DNA of 64,000 nt from a virus (Duplodnaviria > Caudoviricetes): positions 20,261-84,260 of IMG/VR virus record IMGVR_UViG_2524614838_000004. The stretch is one strand, 5' to 3'. Position 1 is the stretch's first letter; the number at the start of each line of letters is the position of its first letter. Positions 55,250-64,000 of the stretch are shown here, in pieces. A program made the translations under genes and the position numbers. Below the pieces are notes generated by a model. It had not been told where the DNA came from, did no database searches, and was given only the letters and a program-made list of their open reading frames with translations.

Positions 55250-55879
55250 ATGTTACCTACATTAAAAAGTATAAGTAAGTTACTCAATAATGAAAATGCT
55301 CCAATAAAGTATTATGATTTATCGGATAGAAATAAAAAAAGTGAATTGCTCTATCTTTTATCGATAAGTCATGAAAAAAGGCATGAGTATGAAGCATTAA
55401 TAGAGGAAGAAAAGAAGAAATATATAAGTGATTCGGCCATAATATATATTCCGTTGTTAAATGTTGATCAGTTATATGATTTACATCACATCGAGAACTC
55501 TTTGAGTTATGATTACGATGGGACCATTCAGATGATAAATAAAACTGTCAAAGTAACAACGAAAAATGAAAAGGTGCTTTTTGCTACATTTTTGATATTA
55601 CATGAGTTTGGGCATTGGCATGATTTTAACGAAAAAGGTAAGGTCCCTTATTTCTATAATGTACCAGAGGAGAAAGAACGTCGTCAAGTATTTGAGTTAA
55701 AACAAGATATAATGCAAAAGCTAGACGGAAAATCACGATTTACTTATAAAGATAAGCAATTGCTTATAAGGTATTTTACAGAATATCATGCAATACCTAG
55801 TGAAAAATATGCAGATGCATATGCTGTGAATCACTTGAACGATGCATATGAGAGAATCAAACAAACTGATATTTTATAA
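55250..55879 (+). CDS. ImmA/IrrE-like zinc metallopeptidase-fold protein (moron)
   Basis: LILHEFGHWHD (HExxH) and downstream SEKYADAYA; AT-rich. Confidence 0.65.
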   Translation: MLPTLKSISKLLNNENAPIKYYDLSDRNKKSELLYLLSISHEKRHEYEALIEEEKKKYISDSAIIYIPLLNVDQLYDLHHIENSLSYDYDGTIQMINKTVKVTTKNEKVLFATFLILHEFGHWHDFNEKGKVPYFYNVPEEKERRQVFELKQDIMQKLDGKSRFTYKDKQLLIRYFTEYHAIPSEKYADAYAVNHLNDAYERIKQTDIL

Positions 55880-55926
55880 AAAGTAAGGCAACTAATAAAA
55901 TTAGCTGTTTTTCTTTTGGAGGAAAC

Positions 55927-56343
55927 ATGCGAGGGTTAAAACGCAATAAAAAGGCACTTTGGTATCAGCTCTACAGTAATCATATTCCGGTCTATGAAAC
56001 TGATCTGGACGGTAACATCATCTATGACCCGGTGACAGACGAACCGCTTCTGACAGGTGATTATGCGGTTGGATATGCAGACCCGGTAAAGTTCCGGGCG
56101 AATGTGTCCCCGGCCCGGTCCGAAGCCCAAACGGAGCCTTTCGGAGTGAATACGGATTATGATAAAGTGATTTGTTCCTGTGACCTTACGTTGCCGATTG
56201 ATGAACTGTCACAAGTATTTGTTGACCGGAAGCCAGAGGGCGGTAAAGGAGCAGATTATAAGGTTGTTAAAGTAGCACGGAGTATTAATTCCGTGCTTTT
56301 TGCTATTAAACAGTTGCCAGACGGAGGTGCAGCGAATGGCTAA
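55927..56343 (+). CDS. Head closure/stopper protein
   Basis: MRGLKRNK...Y..PV.FRANVSPARSEA....FG...DYDKVI. Confidence 0.75.
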   Translation: MRGLKRNKKALWYQLYSNHIPVYETDLDGNIIYDPVTDEPLLTGDYAVGYADPVKFRANVSPARSEAQTEPFGVNTDYDKVICSCDLTLPIDELSQVFVDRKPEGGKGADYKVVKVARSINSVLFAIKQLPDGGAANG

Positions 56344-56635
56344 ATACAGAAAGAAACCTGTTGAGATTGAAGCATTTGAATTTTGCAAAGATTTTATGAA
56401 AGTCGGAGCAAACTGTAAAGGTGTTCCAGATTGGGGCATATCTGCTTATGATGATGGCGTAATTTATTTTGATGATAAGGACGAGTGCTTTATTAAGACT
56501 TTGGAGGGCGACCATCACGTTAGCGTAGGCGATTACATCATTCAAGGTGTAAAGGGTGAATTATACCCGTGCAAGCCTGATATCTTCGAAGCAACATATG
56601 AAAAAGTCGGGCCATTGTCTCCTCTATTGGAATAA
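56336..56635 (+). CDS. Conserved phage protein (KKPVEIEA...GDYII.GVKGE.YPCKPDIF)
   Basis: Recognisable motif; RBS GGAGGTG. Confidence 0.75.
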   Translation: MAKYRKKPVEIEAFEFCKDFMKVGANCKGVPDWGISAYDDGVIYFDDKDECFIKTLEGDHHVSVGDYIIQGVKGELYPCKPDIFEATYEKVGPLSPLLE

Positions 56636-56638
56636 ATC

Positions 56639-57172
56639 ATGAGCAAGAAAGTAATCCGAGGAAACTTCTCATCAAAAGGAATCCAGGATATTATCAATCA
56701 GTTGGAACAGTATAAAGCAGACTTGCACAGGAAAGCCGAACTACTATGTCAGCGTCTGGCAGAAGCCGGCCAGACTGTGGCCCTACAAAGTATCAGCGAA
56801 TCCCCCTTAGGTAAAACAATTACTCTTCGGGTGGAAATGGAGCCTAGGACAGACGGTTGCAAAGCTATTCTTGTAGCCACCGGACAAACGAAGTCCAATG
56901 ACTACGGAACCATAAACACCTTGCTCCTCGTTGAATTTGGGAGTGGCATACACTACAATCATACTGAAAATCCCAAAGCACCAGAATTTGGTATGGGCGT
57001 AGGTACATTTCCAGGACAGAAGTGGGCTTTTAATGAATCTGGTTGGTGGTACTTTGGAGAGGATAACGAATGGCATCATTCATATGGTGTCAAAGCTACG
57101 ATGCCAATGTATTCAGCGTCAGTTGAGATAAGAGAAAAAATAAAGGTAGTAGCTAAAGAAATCTTTGGCTAA
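56639..57172 (+). CDS. Tail completion protein (HK97 gp10-like)
   Basis: LLVEFGSG...GW.Y...WHHSYG..ATMPMY. Confidence 0.75.
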   Translation: MSKKVIRGNFSSKGIQDIINQLEQYKADLHRKAELLCQRLAEAGQTVALQSISESPLGKTITLRVEMEPRTDGCKAILVATGQTKSNDYGTINTLLLVEFGSGIHYNHTENPKAPEFGMGVGTFPGQKWAFNESGWWYFGEDNEWHHSYGVKATMPMYSASVEIREKIKVVAKEIFG

Positions 57173-57227
57173 GAAAATGAAGAAACATCAGGGTGTACCC
57201 TTGATGTCCTTTTTTTGTTAAGACACG

Positions 57228-57731
57228 GTGAAATGTCGTGTCTTATTTTTATATAAGGAGATGTGGTGTTTGGGTAAAAATGTATTAGGGCTTACTTCTG
57301 TGGATTATGAGAAATTATACAATGTGTGGAAAAATATGAAGCAAAGGTGCTATGACAAAAAGTCGGAAAGATATTATACATATGGTGCCAGAGGAATTGG
57401 GGTTTGTGATGAATGGATAGACAATTTTAAGGCCTTTGCAAAATGGGCATATGAAAATGGATGGAATCCTCAGTTGAGTATTGAGAGAAGAAACCTAAAT
57501 GAAAGTTATAGCCCAGATAATTGTATGTTTATTACAATGAAAGAACAGGCAAGAAATAAAACCAGCAATGTAAGGATCATAATAAACGGCGTAGATAAAT
57601 GTCTTGCGGAATGGTGTGAGATATATGGAGTCCCTTATAAGCGAGTGCATAGGCGATATTCATTTTATGGAATTAGAGAGCCGAGTGATTTGTTTTATGA
57701 TGGTGATTTAAGAAGTCTTCATCACGCATAA
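57228..57731 (+). CDS. HNH homing-endonuclease-like protein
   Basis: MKQRC...Y..YGARGI.VC.EW...LSIERRN.N..YSPDNC; paralogue of 32955. Confidence 0.75.
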   Translation: MKCRVLFLYKEMWCLGKNVLGLTSVDYEKLYNVWKNMKQRCYDKKSERYYTYGARGIGVCDEWIDNFKAFAKWAYENGWNPQLSIERRNLNESYSPDNCMFITMKEQARNKTSNVRIIINGVDKCLAEWCEIYGVPYKRVHRRYSFYGIREPSDLFYDGDLRSLHHA

Positions 57732-57746
57732 GGAGGTGTTCCAGTA

Positions 57747-58130
57747 ATGCTTGATATTTCTTCTCTGGTTTATACCCGGTTGGTGAGTGATGAGAAAATA
57801 AAAAAATACATCAAAGAGAGTGGCACAACAAAAAATGAGAAGCCGTCCGCTTTTCCCTATCTTTATTTCAAAAGCCTGGGACAGCCGACAACAAGCAGCT
57901 CCCTACAGAATAAGCAGTGTGCCATATCTGCTGATTTTGAAATTACCATTTATGATTCCGGTTCTTCCAGTAAGGCAAAGCAATTGATCTTCCTTGCCGC
58001 TGACATTATGATGGAACTAGGATTCATTTTGAAGTATGGTCCTTTGGAAGTAGACCGATCAAGCACATCAGAAGCCTATCGTTGGATTGCAAGGTTCCAT
58101 AGGACCTATTGCGAGGGCGATTTGATATAA
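57747..58130 (+). CDS. Tail terminator protein
   Basis: SAFPYLYF; position before the tail tube gene. Confidence 0.7.
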   Translation: MLDISSLVYTRLVSDEKIKKYIKESGTTKNEKPSAFPYLYFKSLGQPTTSSSLQNKQCAISADFEITIYDSGSSSKAKQLIFLAADIMMELGFILKYGPLEVDRSSTSEAYRWIARFHRTYCEGDLI

Positions 58131-58203
58131 AAATATGAGCAATTATCTTTGAGCTTCGTCTAATGGCGAGGTTCTTTTTTATGCAAAAAGGAGGATATGA
58201 CCT

Positions 58204-58695
58204 ATGGCAAAAGCTGTAGATTTATCAACTGCTGGTATCCATGTCGGATATGGGATCGAAACAACAGCTGGAACAAAGCCCACAGCCTTTACTGATCTGC
58301 CGAATCCCAAAAGTATCCCTGACTTTAATCCGGAAGTGGGCAGCTATGATGTAACATCTTTAAACGATACCATCTGGAAACGGTATATTGATGGACTGAA
58401 AGATCCGGGCGGAGCTCTTGCAATCACGTTTGGTATGTCGCAGGTGTTCCTGGATATGTGGGAAGATCTTTGTGATGAGTACGATACGGCTCAAGAATCA
58501 AATAAGCGTATGTGGCTGGAGTTTTATCACCCGAGACTGACAAAGGCTTTTTACTTTACTTGCGTGCCAGCAAGATTAGGTTGGGCGGCTTCCGACGTTG
58601 ACAATGCTTGGGATACCAGTGTATCTGTTACGCCAACCGGAGAAATCGGGTGGGATGATCCTATTGTACCAACTGAACCTTCGGAAGAACCTTAA
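58204..58695 (+). CDS. Major tail (tube) protein
   Basis: YDVTSLND..WKRYIDGLKDPGG. Confidence 0.85.
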   Translation: MAKAVDLSTAGIHVGYGIETTAGTKPTAFTDLPNPKSIPDFNPEVGSYDVTSLNDTIWKRYIDGLKDPGGALAITFGMSQVFLDMWEDLCDEYDTAQESNKRMWLEFYHPRLTKAFYFTCVPARLGWAASDVDNAWDTSVSVTPTGEIGWDDPIVPTEPSEEP

Positions 58696-58721
58696 TAAAT
58701 AAGTATGGGAGGTATTAAAAT

Positions 58722-59219
58722 ATGAGGATTTTAACGATTGGCGGTAAGGACTATAAAGTGGAATTTTCCTTTGAAGCTGCAGAGTATAAAGATTGTGTGG
58801 ACAGTATATTTAAAGTCATTTCTGGCAGTTACATTATGAAGAATGGTCCAACTGATGAGAATGAAAAGATATCCGTTGCAACGGCCATTTTGAATGGAAC
58901 ATCTGATATGGTTTCAGACATTCCCAAAATCGCTGTTACGGCTCTTTATGCCGGCTTGCTGGAAAACAATCCGGTGGAAAACGAACAGGCAGCCAAAGCC
59001 CTATTTAAGCAGTTTGTCAAGGAGAATCCAGATGATGAGTGTGCTTCATTCTGGGGAATGTATGATTTCCTGAGAGACTGCATGGAAGAAGATGGTTTTT
59101 TCAAACTCACCGGAATGGACAAGGTAATTGCTCAGATGAGCGAAGCGGCGGAAGAACAGAAGTCCAAATCCGGGAAGATTCCACAGGATCACAAAAGGAA
59201 ATCAACTTCCACAAAATAA
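58722..59219 (+). CDS. Tail assembly chaperone (G-like)
   Basis: Position between tube and tape measure genes; contains a slippery site. Confidence 0.8.
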   Translation: MRILTIGGKDYKVEFSFEAAEYKDCVDSIFKVISGSYIMKNGPTDENEKISVATAILNGTSDMVSDIPKIAVTALYAGLLENNPVENEQAAKALFKQFVKENPDDECASFWGMYDFLRDCMEEDGFFKLTGMDKVIAQMSEAAEEQKSKSGKIPQDHKRKSTSTK

Positions 59220-59578
59220 TCTGGGAACAGTATTTGCCAGAAGCATTAAATATGGGAGTTCCGTATGATTTATTCTGGCGGTTAAATCCTCGGAAGCTTC
59301 TGCCATTTGTAGAGGCCTTTCGAAGAAAGCGGCAACAACGTAGTGACGAAATGTGGCTCATGGGCCAGTATGTTGCTTCAGCTTTGGACGCTACTGTATG
59401 TAATGCAATGCCATTTATTAAAAGAAAGCGGAAAGGTAAGTATTTTGAAGAACCGATACGTGTAACACCAAAGACAGAAGAGGAAAAGCGGTCAGAAAGT
59501 GAAAAAGCCTTACAAGGCTTCATTTTTGCTGCTGGAACAATGGAAAATGATATGAAACGTAAAAAGAAGGGCGAGTGA
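59096..59578 (+). CDS. Tail assembly chaperone -1 frameshift extension (GT-like)
   Basis: T TTT TTC at 59096-59102; the -1 frame is open from there through ...KEINFHKIIWEQYLPEALN... to 59578. Confidence 0.75.
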   Translation, partial: FFQTHRNGQGNCSDERSGGRTEVQIREDSTGSQKEINFHKIIWEQYLPEALNMGVPYDLFWRLNPRKLLPFVEAFRRKRQQRSDEMWLMGQYVASALDATVCNAMPFIKRKRKGKYFEEPIRVTPKTEEEKRSESEKALQGFIFAAGTMENDMKRKKKGE

Positions 59579-59629
59579 TGGACGAAAATTCACTCGCCTT
59601 TTTTTGTATGTGTAAAGGGCGGTGAAACC

Positions 59630-62600
59630 ATGGCTGATGTAATTGACGATCTGAAAGTCCAAATAGATGCCAGTACGACCAGTGCTGACGCTAAAATAGA
59701 CAAATTCATACAAAAGATGTTGAGCCTGCAATCTGCTTTATCCGGGATAGAAATGTCCGGAGCGAGTCAGGTGGCCTCTGGAATAAATCAGATTGCTTCA
59801 TCTATCCAAGGCTTTAATGAGCGGACTAAAACTGCGGATTTTTCCAGAGTGACCAGTGGCCTTAATAAACTGGCGGCGGTTGATGTTCAAGGAGTAAGCA
59901 ATACGGCTCACGCTATGGAAAGCTTTTCAAATAGTATAAATGGTATTGGAAATCTTAAATTTGATACGGAAACTCTGACTAATGTTGCAAATTCCATTTC
60001 AAAGCTGGGACGTGCTTCGGTCACGGAAGCAACGCAGAATCTGGAGTTTTTAAAAACCAGTATGGCCGATTTTGTTTCTGGAATGAACAATGTTGGTAGT
60101 CTGAACTTTAATCCGGATTCTCTCTATAAACTGGTATCCTCAATAAGCAGATTAGGTGGTGTAAATGCCACACAGGCAGTACAGAACCTTCCACAGATTT
60201 CAACTTCTCTGCACAGTTTTGTATCCAGTATGAATTCCGTTGGTAGTGTTTCGTTTAATATCGAGGGACTGAATAATCTTGTAAACAATATTAGCCGTCT
60301 TGGCGGCACAAAGGCCACACAGGCCGCAGCAAACCTTAAGCCAATTAAAGATCAGCTTTTAAGGTTTGTAAGTGGCATGAACGGGATAGGTGCGCTCAGT
60401 TTTGATACAAGTGGGCTGGCAAATCTCGTTTCTTCAATAACAAAACTAGGAGGAAAGACAGCTACAGCGGCTATACCAAATATTCAGCAATTAGGCACAG
60501 CCTTGTCACAGTTGATGGCAACATTATCCCGTGCACCAGTGGTTAGCCAAAACCTTATCCTAATGACCAATGCACTGGCCAACTTGGCTTCCAATGGTTC
60601 TAAGGTATCAAGTGCAAGTCGCGCAATGGTAAACGGTCTAAATACTTATTCTCGAAGTGCAGGAAGGGCAGGGAAAAGCACAAAAGGACTCGTTTCTCAG
60701 ATTGGCCTGTTTTATGCGAAATGGTTCATGATAATTCGAGGAATGAAAAGCCTATGGAAAGCCACAGAATCATCTATGGATTACATAGAAACCCTAAACT
60801 ATTTCGATGCCGCGTGGGGACAAGTTGCCGACGCTGGAGTAAAAAGTTGGGAGAAGTTCGGCTATGAATCAGCAGAAGCTTATGCCGCTTCATTTAGTAA
60901 ACGTGCACAGGAGTTAACTGGGAAAATGTCCGGCTTCATGGCAGATGAGAATGGGAATTTGAAATCTACCGGCGCAGTTAGTCTTGGTATTGATCCAGAA
61001 AGGCTTATGAATTATCAAGCTACTTTTGGACAGATGGCTTCCTCTATGGGTGTTGCCTCTGAAACGGCCCTGCAGCTATCAAACGCTCTATCTATGATAG
61101 GAGCTGACCTTGCATCTGTACGAAATATGAAGTTTGAAGATGTATGGGAAGATATGGCTTCCGGCATGGTCGGTATGAGTCGGACTCTAGATAAATACGG
61201 TGTTAATATTCGTAATGTAAATCTACAAGAGAAATTATCTGATCTCGGTATTAATGCAAAAATAACTGCTTTAAATCAGCAGGATAAGGCATTATTGAGA
61301 GGAATTATATTACTGGATTCCACCCGTTACGCCTGGGGAGACTTGGCAAATACACTTGATGCGCCCTCGAATCAGTTACGACTTCTGCAATCTAATTTTG
61401 CAAACCTTGCAAGGACGATAGGCAACTTGTTCCTGCCTATTGTTGCGAAAGTACTTCCTTATATTAATGCCTTGGTAATAGCTGTACAGCGGTTATTTTC
61501 ATGGATAGGAGGTCTTCTAGGAATCAAGGTTGGAGATTTTAGTTCTTCTATTGGTTCGGCGGCTACAGATTTAAGTGGCATGGAGGACGCAGCTGACGGC
61601 ATTGCAGACAGCACAGGTGATGCCGCAAAGAACACAAAGAAGATGGCCGATAACCTTCAGGGGTTTGATGATTTGAATGTTGTAAGCTCAGGTAATGCTG
61701 GAAGTGGTGGTTCTGGAGGTTCCGGCGGAGCAGGGGGCAATCTTTTAGATGACGCTTTCCTGGACGCGTTTTCTGAATACCAGAAAGCATGGGATGTTGC
61801 TTTTGCTAATGTGGAAAACAATGCACAGGCTATGGCAGACAGGATTGTAAATGCGTTCAAGTCTGGTGATTATTTTGGCATAGGCAAATATATTAGCGAT
61901 GGTTTGACCGGAGCATTAGAAAACATAAACTGGCCGGCTGTTTATTCTATTGCCAGTGGCTTCGGTACAGGGCTTGCAGAGTTCTTTAACGGCCTTATTA
62001 CACCAGAACTGTTTGGAGCTGTAGGTAAGACGATTGCCGGGGCTTTAAATACTGCCTTGTACGCGGCACTTGCTTTTGGAATAGCCTTTGACTGGACGAA
62101 CCTGGGCAATTCAATTGCCAGTGGGATTAACAATTTCTTTACTACGTTTGATTTTGCCTCTGCCGGGTCCACTTTAAATGTCTGGGCCAAAGGTCTATTA
62201 GACGCATTAATAGCAGCACTGGATAATACAGATTGGTCTCTAATAGGGATTAAGATAGGTACATTCCTTGAATCCATTGATTTTCTTGAAATCGGTGGCA
62301 AAGTAGGAGAAGCCATATGGAAAGCTATAGGAGCTGGAATTGATCTCTGGAAAGGATCTTTTAGTGCAGCACCAGTTGAAACAACAATTCTTACGACTTT
62401 TGGACTTTTACAATTTACGGGGCTTGGAAAGTTACTGTCTGCAAAGATAATGACTTCTATCAGTAAAGGATTGACTTTTTCCGGTATTGGGAAATTACTG
62501 GCCAAGGCATTTCCAAGCAGTGCCATTATAACCACGATAACTACAACTATGGCTGAAACAGGGGCTTCTTTGCCGTCTGTATTAATGGGGTTAATTTGGG

Positions 62601-64000
62601 TTCCCATAAAGACATTTTTTACAACAACAATACCTGGATTAATAGTTGGAGCAATAAGTGGGTTAGGAACAGCCATAGTAAGCGGAGTTGTTGCCCTTGC
62701 GTCAGCACTTGGGATAAGTGTAGCTGCGGCTGGTGCTCTTGTAGTTGCGGCTGTGGCAGCAGTAGTAGCTGGAGTCGTTTACACGGTCACTCATTGGGAT
62801 GAAATAAAAGAGTTTTGGACGCAGACAGTTCCGGCGTGGTGGAATGATACTGTAATTCCGTTTTTTGAATCTATTCCAGAAAAGCTTTCCTCTGTATGGG
62901 AACTTGTAAAAACTACTGCTTCAAGTAAGTGGGATGGTTTTATCGAATATTTGACTGGCCTGCCAGAAAAAGTGGGCAGTGTCATTGAAGATATCGCTGA
63001 TTGGTTTAACGAATTGCCGGAGAAGCTTGGATATGCGTTAGGATATGCTTTAGGAACTGTGACAAGATGGGGAGTGGATTTATTCACCTATTTATCAAAG
63101 AAAATACCTGAAATTATAGCTTCTGTGGTGAAATGGTTTTCAGAGATGCCAGGGAAAATCTATTCTGGAATTTCTACATTTATAACCAAAGTTGCAACAT
63201 GGGGGACTGAAACTTACAATGTATTTAACCAGAAAGTATCAGAAGTAATTGCCGGCACTGTGAAATGGTTCTCTGAAATGCCGGGTAAGATATATGATAC
63301 GATAATAAAAATAAAAGAGAAAATATCTACATGGTCTACCAATACCATATCATACTTTAAGACAGAGGTCCCAACTATCATTGACAAGGTAATAGAGTTT
63401 TTTGGAGAATTACCGAAGAAAATGATTACTGTGGGTGAAAACGTCATTAAAGGTCTATGGGAAGGCATTACGAATTTGACGGACTGGTTAGGAACTGGCA
63501 TTGCTACTTTTGCCCAAGGTGTAATAGATGGGTTTAAAAAAGGATTTGATGAGCACTCACCGTCAAAAAAGGCGTTTCAGATTGGTGACTACTTTACTGT
63601 AGGACTAATGAATGGTATTATAGATAAATTTGGTGTCATATATTCAAAAGTAGGTTCTTTTGCTGACAAACTGACAGATTATGATATATCTCTGCCATCA
63701 ATAGATACCAACGTACAAGTCAGCAGGGAATTCTTTGACATGGTAGATACAAAAGCCTCTGTTTCCTACGATACCCCTTCTTATGATTTTAAGGCCGGTA
63801 TATCTGCAGAGTTGAATGCAGCATTATCCGGAATCATTGATTATGAGAAGATGGCAAATACTATGGCACCTATTGTGGCAAAAGCATTGGAGAATGCAGA
63901 TATTAAAGCTAAAATTGGTCAACAAGATGTATGGAAAAGTACAGAAGATAGTTGGAATAAAAAATATAACATGACTGGTAAATCGCCATTACCAGTTTAA
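59630..64000 (+). CDS. Tail tape measure protein (runs off the window)
   Basis: At least 1456 aa, Ala/Gly/Ser-rich helical repeats, periodic W/F residues, TM stretch. Confidence 0.92.
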   Translation: MADVIDDLKVQIDASTTSADAKIDKFIQKMLSLQSALSGIEMSGASQVASGINQIASSIQGFNERTKTADFSRVTSGLNKLAAVDVQGVSNTAHAMESFSNSINGIGNLKFDTETLTNVANSISKLGRASVTEATQNLEFLKTSMADFVSGMNNVGSLNFNPDSLYKLVSSISRLGGVNATQAVQNLPQISTSLHSFVSSMNSVGSVSFNIEGLNNLVNNISRLGGTKATQAAANLKPIKDQLLRFVSGMNGIGALSFDTSGLANLVSSITKLGGKTATAAIPNIQQLGTALSQLMATLSRAPVVSQNLILMTNALANLASNGSKVSSASRAMVNGLNTYSRSAGRAGKSTKGLVSQIGLFYAKWFMIIRGMKSLWKATESSMDYIETLNYFDAAWGQVADAGVKSWEKFGYESAEAYAASFSKRAQELTGKMSGFMADENGNLKSTGAVSLGIDPERLMNYQATFGQMASSMGVASETALQLSNALSMIGADLASVRNMKFEDVWEDMASGMVGMSRTLDKYGVNIRNVNLQEKLSDLGINAKITALNQQDKALLRGIILLDSTRYAWGDLANTLDAPSNQLRLLQSNFANLARTIGNLFLPIVAKVLPYINALVIAVQRLFSWIGGLLGIKVGDFSSSIGSAATDLSGMEDAADGIADSTGDAAKNTKKMADNLQGFDDLNVVSSGNAGSGGSGGSGGAGGNLLDDAFLDAFSEYQKAWDVAFANVENNAQAMADRIVNAFKSGDYFGIGKYISDGLTGALENINWPAVYSIASGFGTGLAEFFNGLITPELFGAVGKTIAGALNTALYAALAFGIAFDWTNLGNSIASGINNFFTTFDFASAGSTLNVWAKGLLDALIAALDNTDWSLIGIKIGTFLESIDFLEIGGKVGEAIWKAIGAGIDLWKGSFSAAPVETTILTTFGLLQFTGLGKLLSAKIMTSISKGLTFSGIGKLLAKAFPSSAIITTITTTMAETGASLPSVLMGLIWVPIKTFFTTTIPGLIVGAISGLGTAIVSGVVALASALGISVAAAGALVVAAVAAVVAGVVYTVTHWDEIKEFWTQTVPAWWNDTVIPFFESIPEKLSSVWELVKTTASSKWDGFIEYLTGLPEKVGSVIEDIADWFNELPEKLGYALGYALGTVTRWGVDLFTYLSKKIPEIIASVVKWFSEMPGKIYSGISTFITKVATWGTETYNVFNQKVSEVIAGTVKWFSEMPGKIYDTIIKIKEKISTWSTNTISYFKTEVPTIIDKVIEFFGELPKKMITVGENVIKGLWEGITNLTDWLGTGIATFAQGVIDGFKKGFDEHSPSKKAFQIGDYFTVGLMNGIIDKFGVIYSKVGSFADKLTDYDISLPSIDTNVQVSREFFDMVDTKASVSYDTPSYDFKAGISAELNAALSGIIDYEKMANTMAPIVAKALENADIKAKIGQQDVWKSTEDSWNKKYNMTGKSPLPV

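Larger units (their letters stand above)
1..64000. mobile_element. Temperate siphovirus-like phage or prophage (window internal to it; both ends open)
   Basis: Terminase, portal, scaffold, major capsid, tail tube, tape measure, baseplate, holin and endolysin, phage replication genes; no host housekeeping genes seen. Confidence 0.95.

Noticed and set aside
899-63501. Numerous 60-250 aa antisense or out-of-frame ORFs inside large genes (for example 42719-43303, 52231-52725, 61942-62676)
   Set aside because: Shadow ORFs on the reverse strand of well-supported genes, with no RBS or recognisable motif
1-64000. CRISPR array, diversity-generating retroelement or retron
   Set aside because: No regularly spaced repeat-spacer array and no reverse transcriptase motif seen; fibre variation is explained by inversion sites
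1-64000. Stop-codon reassignment
   Set aside because: Core genes are intact in the standard code and no suppressor tRNA is present; only one isolated in-frame TAA candidate

Overview
The whole window is phage DNA: a large temperate siphovirus-like element of a Clostridia (probably Lachnospiraceae-type) host. Left to right it carries: (1) replication and DNA-modification genes (primase-helicase, SNF2-like helicase/methyltransferase fusion, C5 methyltransferase, PAPS-reductase-like protein, Dam, tyrosine recombinases); (2) a repressor-controlled leftward operon of small unknown ORFs whose intergenic gaps hold a hammerhead ribozyme, a twister ribozyme, two related three-way-junction elements and a tRNA minihelix; (3) an accessory block with LemA, a tRNA array mixed with unusual tRNA-like and structured RNAs, and candidate defence morons; (4) terminase, then the distal tail, fibre and lysis genes; (5) a tRNA-Thr 3' half that looks like an att core, followed by a SRAP/Y-family polymerase SOS cassette; (6) a displaced portal-capsid-tail-tape-measure operon that runs off the right edge. 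The strongest discoveries are a four-cassette tail-fibre shufflon whose two cassette pairs lie about 8 kb apart (shared site (T)AAATAGCAATTTA), the ribozyme-punctuated operon, a repeated structured leader in front of three DNA-modification genes, and a late region split into two operons that share one duplicated promoter motif. All calls come from reading motifs and base-pairing by eye; no database searches or folding programs were run. Many start codons were moved from the supplied ORF track to the position supported by a ribosome-binding site (RBS).
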